Shown one piece after another: positions 13,149 through 32,441 of a stretch of DNA of 64,000 nucleotides. Position 1 is the stretch's first letter, and each line of letters begins with the position of its first letter. The notes under the pieces were generated by a model. It saw nothing but the letters and a program-made list of their open reading frames with translations, had not been told where the DNA came from and did no database searches. Source of the DNA: Strigamia acuminata (taxonomy: Eukaryota); contig OX442314.1 of NCBI GenBank assembly GCA_949358305.1, positions 23,312,001-23,376,000 of the forward strand, read 5' to 3'. A program made the translations under genes and the position numbers.

Positions 13149-13629
13149 ATCCTTGAATACTTCGAGACAACTGCCGAGTCATGGGAAATAGTAAAAATCG
13201 AATGTTTTACCGGGGAAAAACGGACGAATAATGAAATTTCTACACTAAATCCGCCATTTTCAAAAATGACGTCACGTACGTTCACACTCGCCATATAACA
13301 ATCACAATTCGTGACAACCAATCTACGGTTTCGTTAAGGTGCCATTCAATTTACTTAGTTTTGCCAAAGTTGTTCTGGTTTTACAGGATTTTATTCTGTG
13401 ACGTACCAGAGCGTATTATTAAAAAAAAATATGTATCCTGTAGTTTGATTTAATTTTTGTCTTTCTAATGTTTTCAAGGACTCTTAAAAAAAATGAAATC
13501 GTTGTAAATTTAAGATAACATTTGTTGCCAACTACGGTTCAAATGATTGGGTAATAGGGTAATCTTATTCAATCAACTGTACTTGAATTTGTAATAAAGA
13601 TCAGCTTCCCGTGTTTCAAAACTCAGGCA

Positions 13630-15350
13630 ATGGATGCAGAGGCTCGTCCTACTTTCCAGTTGAATAAACCACGTTATAATCAGGTAGCTATTAATTTTTG
13701 ATGTTTTTGTATTCAAATAAAACAAAAATTGAAAACAATTGTAGGATACATTTCTTGGAAGACTTAGGCATTTTATCGATATAATCGATCCAAGAACTCT
13801 TTTTACTACGCAAGTAATTTTTTTAGATTCAAAATTTAATATTATATAATTTTACTTAAAATTTACTATATCATTTCAAGGCGGAATTGGATCGTGCTGT
13901 CCAACTTTTAGATGATTTTCGTGATGGAAAACTATCACCGGACGTAGACGAGGAGGAATTATGGAGAGCTCAGAAGATAAAACAAGTAAAAACTAAAACA
14001 AATTTCATCAGACTTATAAAAAAAAATAAGTTGTGATTTTTATAGGCGATCATTCATCCTTCAACCGGCAAAAAGATTTTCATGCCATTCCGGATGTCTG
14101 GTTATATTCCATTTGGGACCCCAATTGTAACATACCAACAAACTTAAAACTTTAAAAATAATTCCGCAAAGTTCCTTTACAATCAATCTTTTTAAATTAA
14201 TTTAATTTCTGCAATTTTTTTCAAGGTTATGGGACTCCTTATTCAAAATCCGACAATGGGTCAAACAATTTTTTGGCAATGGTTCAATCAAAGTCACAAC
14301 GCTTGCGTTAATTACGCCAACAGGAATGCATCAAAGGTTCGTACGGAAAAAATAGTGATAAACAACTGTTTTTAGAAGATTTTATTGATTTATTGCTTTT
14401 GTTTAGGAAACCTCCAACTGGACTTTAATTCAAGGTTATATGGGCGCAACAACTGCAGCGGTTGGAATTGCAGTAAGTGATTGCAGTTGATTATTCTTGA
14501 AACTAGATGGCGACACGTATGCTGGAATATTTAATTTACTCATAGAATTTCTTTTATAAAGTGTTTATTATTTTTTTTTTTTAATTTATTTTCAGGTGGG
14601 TTTAACAACACTAGTCAAAAGAGCTGATAAATTTTCATCTGCAACTCGACTTTTTGTACAGCGTTTTGTACCTTTTCCAGCTGTAGGTAAGTGTTGTTGA
14701 ATTGGATGAAAGAGATTTTAGATTAAATTTTAGATTAAATTTTATCCTTATTTTGTTGCCTGGAATTTTTCAGCCTCGGCAAGTGTTGTCAACGTATTGT
14801 TAATGAGACGTCACGAACTTTCGCAAGGCATTGAAGTGTTGGACAACGATGGGAACGTAGTTGGTACATCAAAAAAAGCTGCCGCCAAGGTAAGAATTGT
14901 TGATATTGATGATTGATAATAATCAATACGGTATCTTTGAATTTTGTATTGTTAATAGGCATTAAAGGAAGTAGCTCTGACGCGAGCATTTTTACCTACT
15001 CCTATTATGGTTCTACCACCTTTGATTCTTACGCAACTGGAAAAGTGGGTGTTACAAGCGAGATACATTTGTTTGATGTAATGTGTATAATTTACAGAAC
15101 CAAGTGGCTTAAAACTCATCCACGCTGGCATTTGCCAATCAATGGTTTTCTGTGTTTGGTTGTTTTTGGTTTAGCTTTACCAGTTGCTATTGGCATATTT
15201 CCACAAATGAGTCAGGTGCGCAATTCTTCTATTTTAAGTTTTCCTATTTCTAATTTTGTTTTAATTTATTGCTAGATTAAGATAGAAAATTTAGAGACTG
15301 AATTTCATTCATCGTCGCATGTTGTACTATATTATAATAAAGGATTGTAA
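13630..15350 (+). CDS. SFXN5: Sideroflexin-5-like mitochondrial transporter, multi-exon
   Basis: Spliced peptides [95 protein letters not shown]. Confidence 0.9.
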
Positions 15351-15982
15351 TTAGAGTTTTCAATTTATTTGCTTTGCTGCATTTCATCAAACTTGAGAAT
15401 TCAGGAAATCGGCATTTCATCATTTGTTGATCATAAATTGAATCATGTTCATTTATTTGCTTGTTTACTTGCTTGTTTTGTGCAGAATAAATAAACGGGC
15501 GATAACGTTTATTTGTGTTAAATAAACAACCCAACAGTTGTAGCTTAGCTTTTATCTTATCGATTTTAGTGAAGAAATTGAATGGAACCAGGAGGGAAGA
15601 ACACTATACATTGGAGAAATAAAATTTCTTGTTAACATTAAAAACATTTTATTTCACATTGAATTCGCATAAAACAGCATTGTTTAGTGTTCAGGTGAAG
15701 AAATAAGATTTTTTTAAATTCTAATACGGTAAAATACACCTACCGTATCAGAATTAGAATCAGTTAATGATAAATTGCCTACCTCAATGGGAATAATGCA
15801 TTGTAATGATTTGATTACGATTAATTGTTAAGATTATTATTGGTCAGAATAAATAAATTGTCTTTTTCAATTTTCTTGCACTGATGAGGATTTCACACGT
15901 GATGATAAGATAAATCTATATGTATATGATAAGGAGGAGGTAGGCGATCATTTGGATTTTTGAATCCTTTTGATTTTATGCA

Positions 15983-22467
<6,485 letters not shown>

Positions 22468-22654
22468 ATTCACGTAAAAATTAAATATCATTTATGAAAC
22501 TCTTAGTAATTCTATTTAATAAATGTCAATAAAGTCCAGTGTAAATAATAGGATTTTAATATGATTTTTAGTAGAAATTTTTAATTATTTTCTCGTTTTT
22601 CTTTGAACAAAATTAATACAAGATATAAAAATTAAAATTTTAATTTTATTTTTT

Positions 22655-24370
22655 GGGTTGTACCGGGGCGTCGCTCCACGTTTGTGCGGCTCCGTTGTCA
22701 GCGGATATGTGTTTAGCCATAGATATAGATTATACCTATATCTATGGTTTAGCAAAGTGACCGAGGTATACTCTATACTTGCACTCAAAAAGCACAATCA
22801 GTCCTATTGGTCGAGCCTCATTCTTAGGACTACTTTAGTTGGGAGGGAGGATTATTTTCGACCTGGATTCTTTTCGACTTGAGGTGAAATGTCCTTCCTT
22901 TCGACTGGGATTATATTCGACTGGGAATTTTTTCGACTTGCCTTTTTTTTGACCAGGAATTTTTTCGACTAGGATCATTTTCGACCAGGACTCTTTTCGA
23001 CCAGGAACATTTTCGACCAAGAATATTTTGACTTGGTTGGATCCAGGTTGTTCATTTTTTTTATTACATTTGTAATTTGTTTTATTTTGACAGTTCTGGT
23101 GATTTTGATCCAAGTAACGTGTCACCATCTGGTGGTGAAATTGTTAACGAAATTACAAGCCACAAAAGTAAATAAAAGAATTTTAATGTAATTTTGATTT
23201 TTCTTATTAAAAAATGTTATTTCCATCATTGCAGTTTTATGCATATAAAAATGTCAAACTCGTGTTTGTTATGTTTATTGGTTACTTCGTCTGGAAAGTA
23301 AACAATTTTGAATTTTTGACCGTTGCCTAGGCAATTGATTAGGCTTTTTGAGTGCAAGTAGAGTATATATTAGTGGATTGTTGGTGCTATCGGGTTCTAA
23401 TCGAGTTTGCTTTTGAGTCGATGGAGGCTGAACTCTTCAAGCTACTTAGTTGAATCCAATCGTTTAAATCGTTCCAAAAGTCTCTGGCTTCTTAAAAAAT
23501 GTAAATGTTGGAATAAATTGAATGCGTGTTGCCACCATGAATTCTGTATAGTCACTTGGCGTCACTGGGATTAAAGTTTATTGTCTCACAAAAACTATGT
23601 ACAAGAAACTCTCCTATTGGAGCAACACTAATCTGACAATTGGCCTCAGCTACATTCCGAAGTGGGGAGCTGAGGCCAGGTTGAGTGACAAGGAAATCTA
23701 ATCCGAATAATTAAAAAGGTTAATGACACTAAGATTGTAAATAAACAAATAAAAAACATAATAAATAAGAATGTGAAATATCAAATCAAGAAATATAAAA
23801 ATTAGCAAATAAAGACACTAAGGTATTATAATAAGAATTAATAAAAGCAAATGTCAAATGAAAACATTATTAAATCAAGTTTCATAAAAATAACGATAAT
23901 TTTACACATTAAAGGAAAATACAAAATAACAATAAAAATGGCATATTAAAGGAAAATACAAAATAACAATAAAAATGGCACATTAAAGGGAATGTGCATC
24001 CAAAATAGATTGTTATGAAATCGAATACAAAAATAGCAGGGAATGTGAACCTGGGATAAAACGCCAGTTTTCACACCACTGTTCGGGACATGTCGGGCCA
24101 ATGTATGGTCATAGTTGCTAGTCAACCTTTTTACGTGATTACTATCAGGGCTATCGCACAATTTATAGGTCGGGAAACGATATACAAGTACGAGAAATTG
24201 GAGAATTTAATTTGTGAAATTGTAAATTTGTAAATTAATATTTTATCTATTTTTAGTGGGTTTTTTAGTTCTTTGGAAGAAATTTACGAAAACGAAGGAT
24301 TTAGTGGTTTTTTTCCGTACGTTTATTAATTTTTTTGAATTTAAAAAATTAAAACGTCATTTTTTTTTTC
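22655..24370 (+). pseudogene. Decayed partial duplicate of MTCH2 (exons 3-4 region) interrupted by insertions
   Basis: 22655-22770, 23364-23434 and 24077-24370 are near-identical to 28420-28500, 28497-28565 and 28630-28910. Confidence 0.85.
22771..23363. mobile_element. TIR MITE inserted at a TA/TATA site
   Basis: Left end ctctatacttgcactcaaaaagc; right end gctttttgagtgcaagtagag. TATA lies on both sides, and the empty site ggtatattag is visible at ~28494-28503. Internal ttttcgaccaggaa repeats. Confidence 0.8.
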
Positions 24371-24494
24371 AAAATTAATCTGACTGATATGTGTTATCTA
24401 TATTATCACACACCCACAGCTCGTAATCTCGAATTTCACCTAAGTGATTATAGATTTTTGATTTGAAGGAAGATTAGTGAGCAGTTGTCACACA

Positions 24495-25711
24495 ATGGCA
24501 AGAAACAGAGTCGCTACCAAACCGCTTTTCATTTTCATTCTGTTTGTTGCGATTATTTATCTCATATTGTACTGTAGAACTATATTCGACGGGCGTGGTA
24601 TTTTGATAAATGGCAGTTGTGTTTGCCAATCGACGGATACTGATTTACGAGTTGCATTTTCAAAAAGCTATTCCAAGTCCCGTTATTTCAGCTGTCCAAT
24701 GACGGTTAATAACATTGGTGAGTTTACACTTTACACTTGATTGCATTTATTTTGCACGGATTCACAGTTAAACCCCGATTGCTTTATGTAGGTCGGTTGG
24801 GAAACGTGATGGGCGAATATGCCACGCTCTTAGCATTAGCTCGAATTAATGGACACGCGTCTTACCAACAGCAGTCAATGAAAAATGAATTGAATAAATA
24901 TTTCAATACCTCGATGCCTGTGGTCAACGAAAAAGTGTACAAAGAGGTCAATTGGATTCGGCATCACCTTCACGATTGGATGAGCGATGAATATTCTGAA
25001 TTTGGTTGCAACTTCATTTCAATTGAAGGGTATACGTGCTCGTGGACATTTTTCCATCACATTCGAGGTGATATCAAGAGACAGTTTCAATTCCATAGCC
25101 AGATCATACGAGACACTCAAACACATTTGCGTACGTTAAGAAGGTCCCACGAAACGACTTTTATTGGCGTGCACGTGCGCCGAACCGATTATGTGAATTT
25201 GATGAAAGATTGGTACAATGGTGTGTTGGCAAGTCCGAAATTTTTTTCTCACTCGATGAATTATTTCCGGAGTAAATTTAAGGATTGCATGTTCGTTGTG
25301 TGCAGCGATGACTTGGACTGGTGTAAAAAGAATATCGATAATAGTTCGAATGATGTGCATTTTTGTTGGAACGGTGATTCGAGCACGCCCGGGCGAGACA
25401 TGGCACTGCTCACTCAGTGCAACCACAGTATAATCACTATAGGTACTTTTGGCTTTTGGTCGGCTTATTTAGCTGGTGGAGAAGTGGTTTATTTGAGTAA
25501 TTACTTGCGAAACACATCGTACTTTCTTGATAAGTTTCATTTTAATGCGGCTTATTTACCCGAATGGATTCCTATCGATGCTGATTTAAATTCCACAAGT
25601 TGGCTTAGTTCAGGGGTCGCCAACCTGCGGCTCTTTCGGTGTCCAGACGTGGCTCTCCAGTTCCATGCGCAAATATTAATAATTATATTATTTTATTTTC
25701 AAACCTCATAA
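24495..25711 (+). CDS. Alpha-1,2-fucosyltransferase (GT11), copy C; exons 24495-24717 and 24792-25711; C-terminus extended into transposon sequence
   Basis: Same motifs and intron as copies A and B. After NSTSWLS the native stop is replaced by caggggtcgccaacc..., adding about 34 codons. Confidence 0.88.
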
Positions 25712-25740
25712 AAAATATTATACTGCAAAAAAAAAATACT
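25611..25740. mobile_element. hAT-like transposon terminal fragment
   Basis: CAGGGGTCGCCAACCTGCGGCTC resembles hAT/Charlie-type termini and begins exactly where identity to FUT copy B stops. No second end found. Confidence 0.5.
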
Positions 25741-25779
25741 GCTAACAGGACATACAAATGCCTGATCGAGCGAGTAACT

Positions 25780-27023
25780 TATGTTGACTTGGGGGAGGTG
25801 CATTTTTTTTGGGAATAGAAATTTTAATAATGGACAACGGAGTTCTAATTGGTCAACAAAAATACATAAACGAAATTTTGAATAGATATGAGCTGATGGA
25901 CGGAGTCACAGCAAACACACCAATGGCTACTGGACAAGACCTAGATGATTTCGAGAAATCAAAAAGAGTTGACCAGCAACTTTATCAACAAATGATAGGG
26001 TCGCTAATGCACGTGATGATAATATTGCGACCGGATATATCATTCGCAATAAGTGCGTTGTCAGCATATTCAAGAGATTCGCGCCAGTTACATTTCAGGG
26101 CGGTCAAACGAGTGATGCGAAAACTTAAGAAGATGATTGAAATGCGATTGTTTTTCTCGAATGAAGAGGGGAAATTACAAGGATTTGCGGATGCAAGCTG
26201 GAACGTCACCCAAGATGCAAAATCACATACAGGGATGATAGTAAAAATTGGATCAACGACAATAACGTGGAAAACTAAAAAGCAACGATTAGTCGCGATG
26301 TCATCGACAGAAAGCGAGATTTTGGTCATCTGTGAATTGCTAAAATCCATAAAGACTTTTTAAGACTATTTAAGTGAAGTGGGGGAAGGAAGCTGTGTGC
26401 AGAGAAAAGTACTAATCTTCACGGACAGTCAACCAGCGATGCAGATTTTGTGCGGTTCGGACTAGTTTGACCGAACCAAACATATGAATCGACACTTGAT
26501 GTTCATAAGGGACGAAATAAGACTTGGCAACATTGAACTAATTCATTTACCAACAGGTGACATGATTGCCGATTTCCTAATGAAGGCAGTCGCAAAGGAC
26601 AAATTCATGGAGGGACGAGATGGTGTGAGTTTAAAAGGCAAAATTAAAATGAACAAGGACAGAGAAGAACGAAGACGAAGACAAATAATTTTAAGTTCGA
26701 AATAATATTTTATTCATGTTTTTGTTTTTCTTTCAAGTTTCAATAAAATGTTAGTTCTAGTTTATTTAAAACCTCTAATAATAATTTGTAGGAGGGTTTA
26801 TTGGAATTTAATTATTAACAAAGATGTTAAATTTAATTATTACAAATTGTTATTGGTTTCAAACGTTTTTCAAATGTAATATAACGTTGCACGTACGATT
26901 TGCGCATGCAACCCGATTGTTGTAAAACTTTCAAGAGTAAAAGACGTGTTTTGTTTTCACCTGTGGTGTTTTATTCTCAAATCGAACATTCGGAATCTAC
27001 AAGGAACCTTCGTGGAACCAACA
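25780..27023 (+). mobile_element. Truncated Ty1/Copia remnant: RT end, RNase H, PPT and short 3' LTR (26799-27023)
   Basis: YQQMIGSLM..RPDISFA, GFADASW, KQRLVAMSSTESE, FTDSQPA, RTKH, DMIAD, with stops. Purine tract aggaggg precedes tattgg...ccaaca, after which the FUT 3'UTR resumes. Confidence 0.85.
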
Positions 27024-27047
27024 ATATTAAAGTATTTTTCCTAATAA

Positions 27048-27576
27048 GGGGCCGTCCATAAATTACGTAACACCTGGAGGGCGGGGAGGGGGTTTCAAAT
27101 TTTGTTACAGGTTGTTACGACTGGGAGGGGGGTTCTTAATAATGTTACGTAACAAAAGGTGAAAATTTTACTTTTATTGTTTCAATTTATTATTATTGTG
27201 AATTTTAAATTTTTGTAAAAAATTTAAAATTTTTTGAAAAATTTTTTTATATTTTTGAAAATTTTGATAACATTTTTGAAAATTTTGATAACATTTTTGA
27301 AAATTTTGATAACATTTTTGAAAATTTTGATAACATTTTTGAAAATTTTGATAACATTTTTGAAAATTTTGATAACATTTTTGAAATTTTTTTAAAATTT
27401 TTGTAAAATTTTGTATTATAAGCTTGTAGCAAATTTTTTTTTTTTTTGGGGGGGGGGGGAGGTTGGTGAGTTATGTTACGTAATATTGTAGGGGGGGTTT
27501 GTTACGACCTTGTTACAGGGGGGAAAGGGGGTCTAAAAATCGAAAAATCATCGTTACGTAATTTATGGACGGCCCC
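27048..27576. mobile_element. PIF/Harbinger (Tourist-like) MITE with internal 21-bp tandem repeat
   Basis: Perfect 24-bp TIR GGGGCCGTCCATAAATTACGTAAC / GTTACGTAATTTATGGACGGCCCC and 3-bp TAA TSD. The empty site is seen in the FUT B 3'UTR (~8936-8955). Confidence 0.92.
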
Positions 27577-27610
27577 TAAAATAAAATTTGATTTCTTTAT
27601 TGTTGGCATC

Positions 27611-27880
27611 AGAATTCGAGGCGCCTACAATTTTGTTACAAAATAAGAAATCTTTATTTTATTCCATGGCTAAAGATGCTGGTTTAATATAAATTCACGT
27701 AAAAATTAAATATCATTTATGAAACTCTTAGTAATTCAATTTAATAAATGTCAATAAAGTCCAGTGTAAATAATACGATTTTAATGTAATTTTTAGAAGA
27801 AATTCGAAATTATTTTCTCGTTTTTTTTTTAAACAAAATTAATACAAGATATAAAAATCAAAATTTAAATTTTATTTATT
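27611..27880 (+). repeat. Duplicate of the last coding bases and 3'UTR of the MRP gene
   Basis: agaattcgaggcgcctacaattttg...gctggtttaatataa...aatacaagatataaaaat matches 22387-22650. Confidence 0.9.
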
Positions 27881-27979
27881 ATTCCTTATTACGTAAACTT
27901 AACCCCAAAACCCCCTTCGGATTTGCGCCACGAACGACCTCTATCCTCGAACCAGCGAAATCTAAACCGATGCAGCATC

Positions 27980-29651
27980 ATGGCGACGACCGACAGTGAA
28001 ACGGTGCAATGGATTCAAGCATTTCTTCGACTTGGGATGACAGCTGCCGCTCACCCGGTGGAACAAGTCAAAATATTAATTCAGGTAGTACAGATGAAAA
28101 TTTGATTCGATCCAGCACACCCACCGAATAAATTTTTAAAAAAGATAGAACGACACGAACATGATCGACCGCATACCGAAATTCCCCACAAACCCAAAAT
28201 ACATTTCAAAATCCGAAAAACAAATTTATTAATTTCAGATCGGTTACGAGCCTATCCCCCCACGATCAACTACAACATTTTTCGGTAAACCCGCCCTTGG
28301 TTTACCGGGATTAATCGAATACAGTAAGTATTAATACTATTTAAATAAAAATAGAGTTGAAATCAATTGACGTTTGTTTGTTTACAGTGGGACACATTAA
28401 AAAGACGGACGGATTTTTCGGGTTGTACCGGGGCGTCGCTCCACGTTTGTGCGGCTCCATTGTCAGCGGATATGTGTTTAGCAAAGTGACCGAGGTATAT
28501 TAGTGGATTGTTGTTGCTATCGGGTTCTAATCGGGTTCGCTTTTGAGTCGATGGAGGCTGAGCTCCAAACAGACGAATTAGATTCGGGATCGTGCACGAA
28601 CGAGGACAAAGTGATGAATTTCCTCCAAGCCACTGTTCGGGACATGTCGGGCCGATGTATGGCCATAGTTGCTAGTCAACCTTTTCACGTGTTAACTATC
28701 AGGGCTATCGCACAATTTGTAGGTCGGGAAACGATATACAAGTACGAGAAATTGGAGAATTTGTGAAATTGTAAATTTGTAAATTAATTTTTTATCTATT
28801 TTTAGTGGATTTTTTAGTTCTTTGAAAGAAATTTACGAAAACGAAGGATTTAGTGGTTTTTTTTCGTACGTTTATTTATTTTTTTGAATTTAAAAAATTA
28901 AAACGTCATTTTTTAAAAAAAAAAAACTTTTTCAGTGGTTTAATGCCTCGATTATTGGCAGAAATCACTTCGTTGTGGATCTCGGCCACACTCACTTTTG
29001 TAATCAATACATATATCGTCGAAGATGCTGATTTTCGAGGCTACACAAGTGCATCCATGGCTGTGAGATACTTTTAAAAACAAACATTGACATTCAACCA
29101 AACCTTTTTCCTTGTCGAAGAGTAATTCTTTCTAACCAAATATATGTTTAAATGTTGCTCTGGTTTTCAGTTTATTGCAAGTGCTATCACCTATCCACTT
29201 AATCTAGTTTCCAACATCATGGCGATGAATGACAGCGGGTAAAATAAAATTAATAATAAATTCAATAACAAATTTAAAAAAATAAAAATTTTATTAACAG
29301 ATTGGTGGCAGGAATGCCTCCATACATGCCAATATTTTTAACATGGCAAGACTGCTGGAAAAGCCTTAGTTCGCAGGTAAACTCAAAAAAATGTCTAAAA
29401 AAACTATTTTTTTAAAAAATGGCATAACAATTGAATTATTTTGAAATTAGAATCAACTGAAACGAGGATCGAGTCTTCTGTGGCGCTACTACACCGGACC
29501 GTACGTGTCAATTGGCGGGAAACCCACGGTAGTGACTCTGTCGGATTTTGTTCAGCCGCGACCGTCAGTTCGGCCGCAGTCTGACTCTGAGAGTAACGCA
29601 AGTTCACTCTTTCCCTCCCTACCGCGTGTCGGTATTTTCTCGGGATTGTAG
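27980..29651 (+). CDS. MTCH2: Mitochondrial carrier homolog 2, multi-exon
   Basis: AAHPVEQVKILIQ/IGYEPIPP..TTFFGKPALGLPG, DGFFGLYRGVAPRL, SQPFHVLTIRAIAQFVGRETIY, FSGLMPRLL, AGMPPYMPIF..WQDCW, QLKRGSSLLWRYY. Confidence 0.92.
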
Positions 29652-30020
29652 CAGCACGCCGTTAGAACCGGGCAATCTGATGACGTCGTTGTGAAGTCGT
29701 TTGACGAGGCATGACAAAACCCACCTTGTAGAAGATGGACCAACAACTACATTTACGAGTTGGCGCACTTGGAGAAGATCGAACGGCGATTCGTGTTCTC
29801 GTTCATAGGAAATACAAAAAAAATTAAAAATAATTTTTTTGTCTGTATGCAAATCAAAATTCTATTATTTTAAAGAAAAGTTATATCCTTCGTAGTAAAT
29901 GAAAAAAAAAGTATTAATTTTGAAACTGTCCTTGTGGATACTCATTTGAAAAACAAAAGAAAGCATAAATTCGATTTAGTTTAATGTCGCAATACAAATT
30001 GATGATGACAAATACGAATT

Positions 30021-30679
30021 TTACTTTCCGGAGGAATTTGTTGGTCTTGTTGTTGATACTTGTGGAACCAATACGGGATTGGTACAAACTTGAAAAAATC
30101 TACCGGTACTATTTTGTAAAATTGAACAACATCGCAGATCGGTCGCGCAATCTTCGTCGCCATTGCACAACCGCGCGGTGAGTCCTTGAGGCGGAATGAG
30201 TGGAACAGGACTTTGACAAAATCCTCGTCTCGTCGCTGCCAAAATTTAATTTAATTTAATTTAACATTTCAAGCGAATTTTATTTATTTACCAGCAGAAG
30301 CATTGAAACCGGGTGCTGTACAAATCTGATAGGTCGTTCCGGTGCCGGCTTGAATTATCGGACAGCACTTGAATCCGAATGGACATTGACCATCACTGGT
30401 ACACGTTCTAGCCAACAGTCCTTGCGGGGGTATTCTCGGGATAGGAGTAGGACAGAAACCGGGTGTTGATGCACCTGTTGCTATAATTTAAAAATTGATT
30501 TAATCGTGCTATTTAGATTTAAGCTTACCTGTAGTTGAATTTGTGCGGGCGCAACAAACAGAGTTGAATCTACAACAGAAAGCGGTATTGAGGATGGTGC
30601 ATGGGCTGCACCCGAATTCGCTGCTGTATTTACACAGTACGGAAAGGAGAAATAAAATTATTATTTTTGACGCTAGCAT
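30021..30679 (-). CDS. Small secreted Cys-rich protein with two WAP-like domains, 3 exons
   Basis: Signal peptide MLASKIIILFLLSVL, a Cys-rich N-segment, then PGFCP..C.SDGQCP.GFKCC..C and RGFCQ..CNGDEDC..DLRCC..C. Confidence 0.75.
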
Positions 30680-31719
30680 TTTGCAGGTTGGCGTCTGTCC
30701 AAGTGCGAACACACGAAGGTGATTACGTGTACGAGGGTTTTTATTCCGTCGATTTTAATTCAATTCGGAAATAGTAATTGCAAATGGAAGTTGGAATGTG
30801 AGTATTCGGAACAAATACAATGGTGTAGCTGATGTAGTGACATAATTTTGAGGCTTTGCATTCATAGTCGAATGAGCAATATATGTTGTCAACTGTATCA
30901 ATAGGGATCTAGCTTTATTAGTTTATAATCGCATGTACTTAATAGCCAGGAAATCTGGACATTTTGGAAAAATGTTCAATGGGTTTTGCTATGCGCTATC
31001 AACAAATCGCCCATGCAGCATGCGTGGAATTTTTGTTAAAAGACATTAAAGATTTTTGATATATAAAATATGTATATACCGTCGGACTTACCGTATGTTT
31101 ATTTCGCTTTTAATAATTAATTACACCCCTTACAAAACACCTGATTATCCGAAAAAGACTTGGTAGTTTCATTTTAATTGTTTTTGCACTTGAACAATAT
31201 TTAGTGTCACACTCAATAACAAATTTGGATTAATATTTGTCCTTTTGGGTGGGGCAAGGACTCAAAACGACTCGATAACTGCATTGCAGTAAAATCACAC
31301 GAATGATCAAATGTTTATTTCATTTTACATGAACAAAATGTTTTATAACTTGTCCAATATTCATAATTAAGCACAAATGTCCTATTCTGCGTCAACAGCT
31401 CTTCTGGCAGCTTTACTCGGTGGTGGCTCTACGCCCCTGTGATGAAAATAAAATAAAAATTATCGGTTTATTGTCTGAACACCACGCAATAGTTCTATAA
31501 TAAAACTTAAAAATGACGCAAACTTCAGGTAGGAGTGATGTGAAATATGGATAAGTGACCTTGAATTTATTAGCCAATGTAAGAAGAGACAAACCAACCC
31601 CATATTTTTCTAGGTTTGAATCATTAAAACGAACCAAAGACCGAACGGAACGAATGAATAATGAAAGTAGATCAAACTATCTATGTTCACAACACGTCAT
31701 TTCCCAAATCAGACTAAAA

Positions 31720-31811
31720 TTTTGGCCGCCGCTGCTATTATTCGAAGCCGTCTCCGATTTTCTCGGTAGCGGCTACTATTCGAGGGCGGTTCTTATTTAA
31801 GAAATACGGTA
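31720..31811. mobile_element. pogo/Tigger-like MITE terminal remnant
   Basis: gcggctactattcgagggcggttcttatttaagaaatacggta. Similar gcggctactatt at ~7083. Confidence 0.4.
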
Positions 31812-32441
31812 CACTCTTTTGCAATATTTTCTTACGAATGCCCGGCCATAGGTTGCCATTGCCATCAGATAAATAAATTCTAAAATTCTAAGGTAAAACG
31901 AAATAACTTTCAAATTTTCTTCCCTGCCTCCTCCCCTGCTCCCTTCCCAAACGAAGATCTTTCTCTTACACATTTAAGATTAATTTAATATCACCGTACT
32001 TTTCATCAACCAATCCACATCCACTGCCAGCTTCACATGTTGAAAATATGAAACACGCCAAACAGACCGCGATCAATGCAAGTTTGAAGAGAATTTTCTG
32101 CATATTCTTTTAAAAAAATAAAGAAGTAAAACAAATTAAAACAAAATATTACTATTTATGCTTATCGAAGTTATTCTTACAGTTGCACTAATGATGAATC
32201 GTCCAAGTGTAAAATTGTGATTTACCAGCTTCGGCGACTGCTGGTATAACTCAATAAATATGTTTAAATTGCTTAATTTTAATTAATGTGTGTAAAGAAC
32301 ATTAAAGAAATTATTTTAATGGCAGAAAGAAAGCAAAACACTATAACTAATAATAATATAACTAATTTATGATTTCTTCTATCATTAAAGATTGGATGAA
32401 TATAAAATAAAATATTTTTTCTAAAATATAAGGATAGAAAT

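Noticed and set aside
27247..27432. (SKMLSKF)n ORF
   Set aside because: Translation of a 21-bp tandem repeat inside a MITE.
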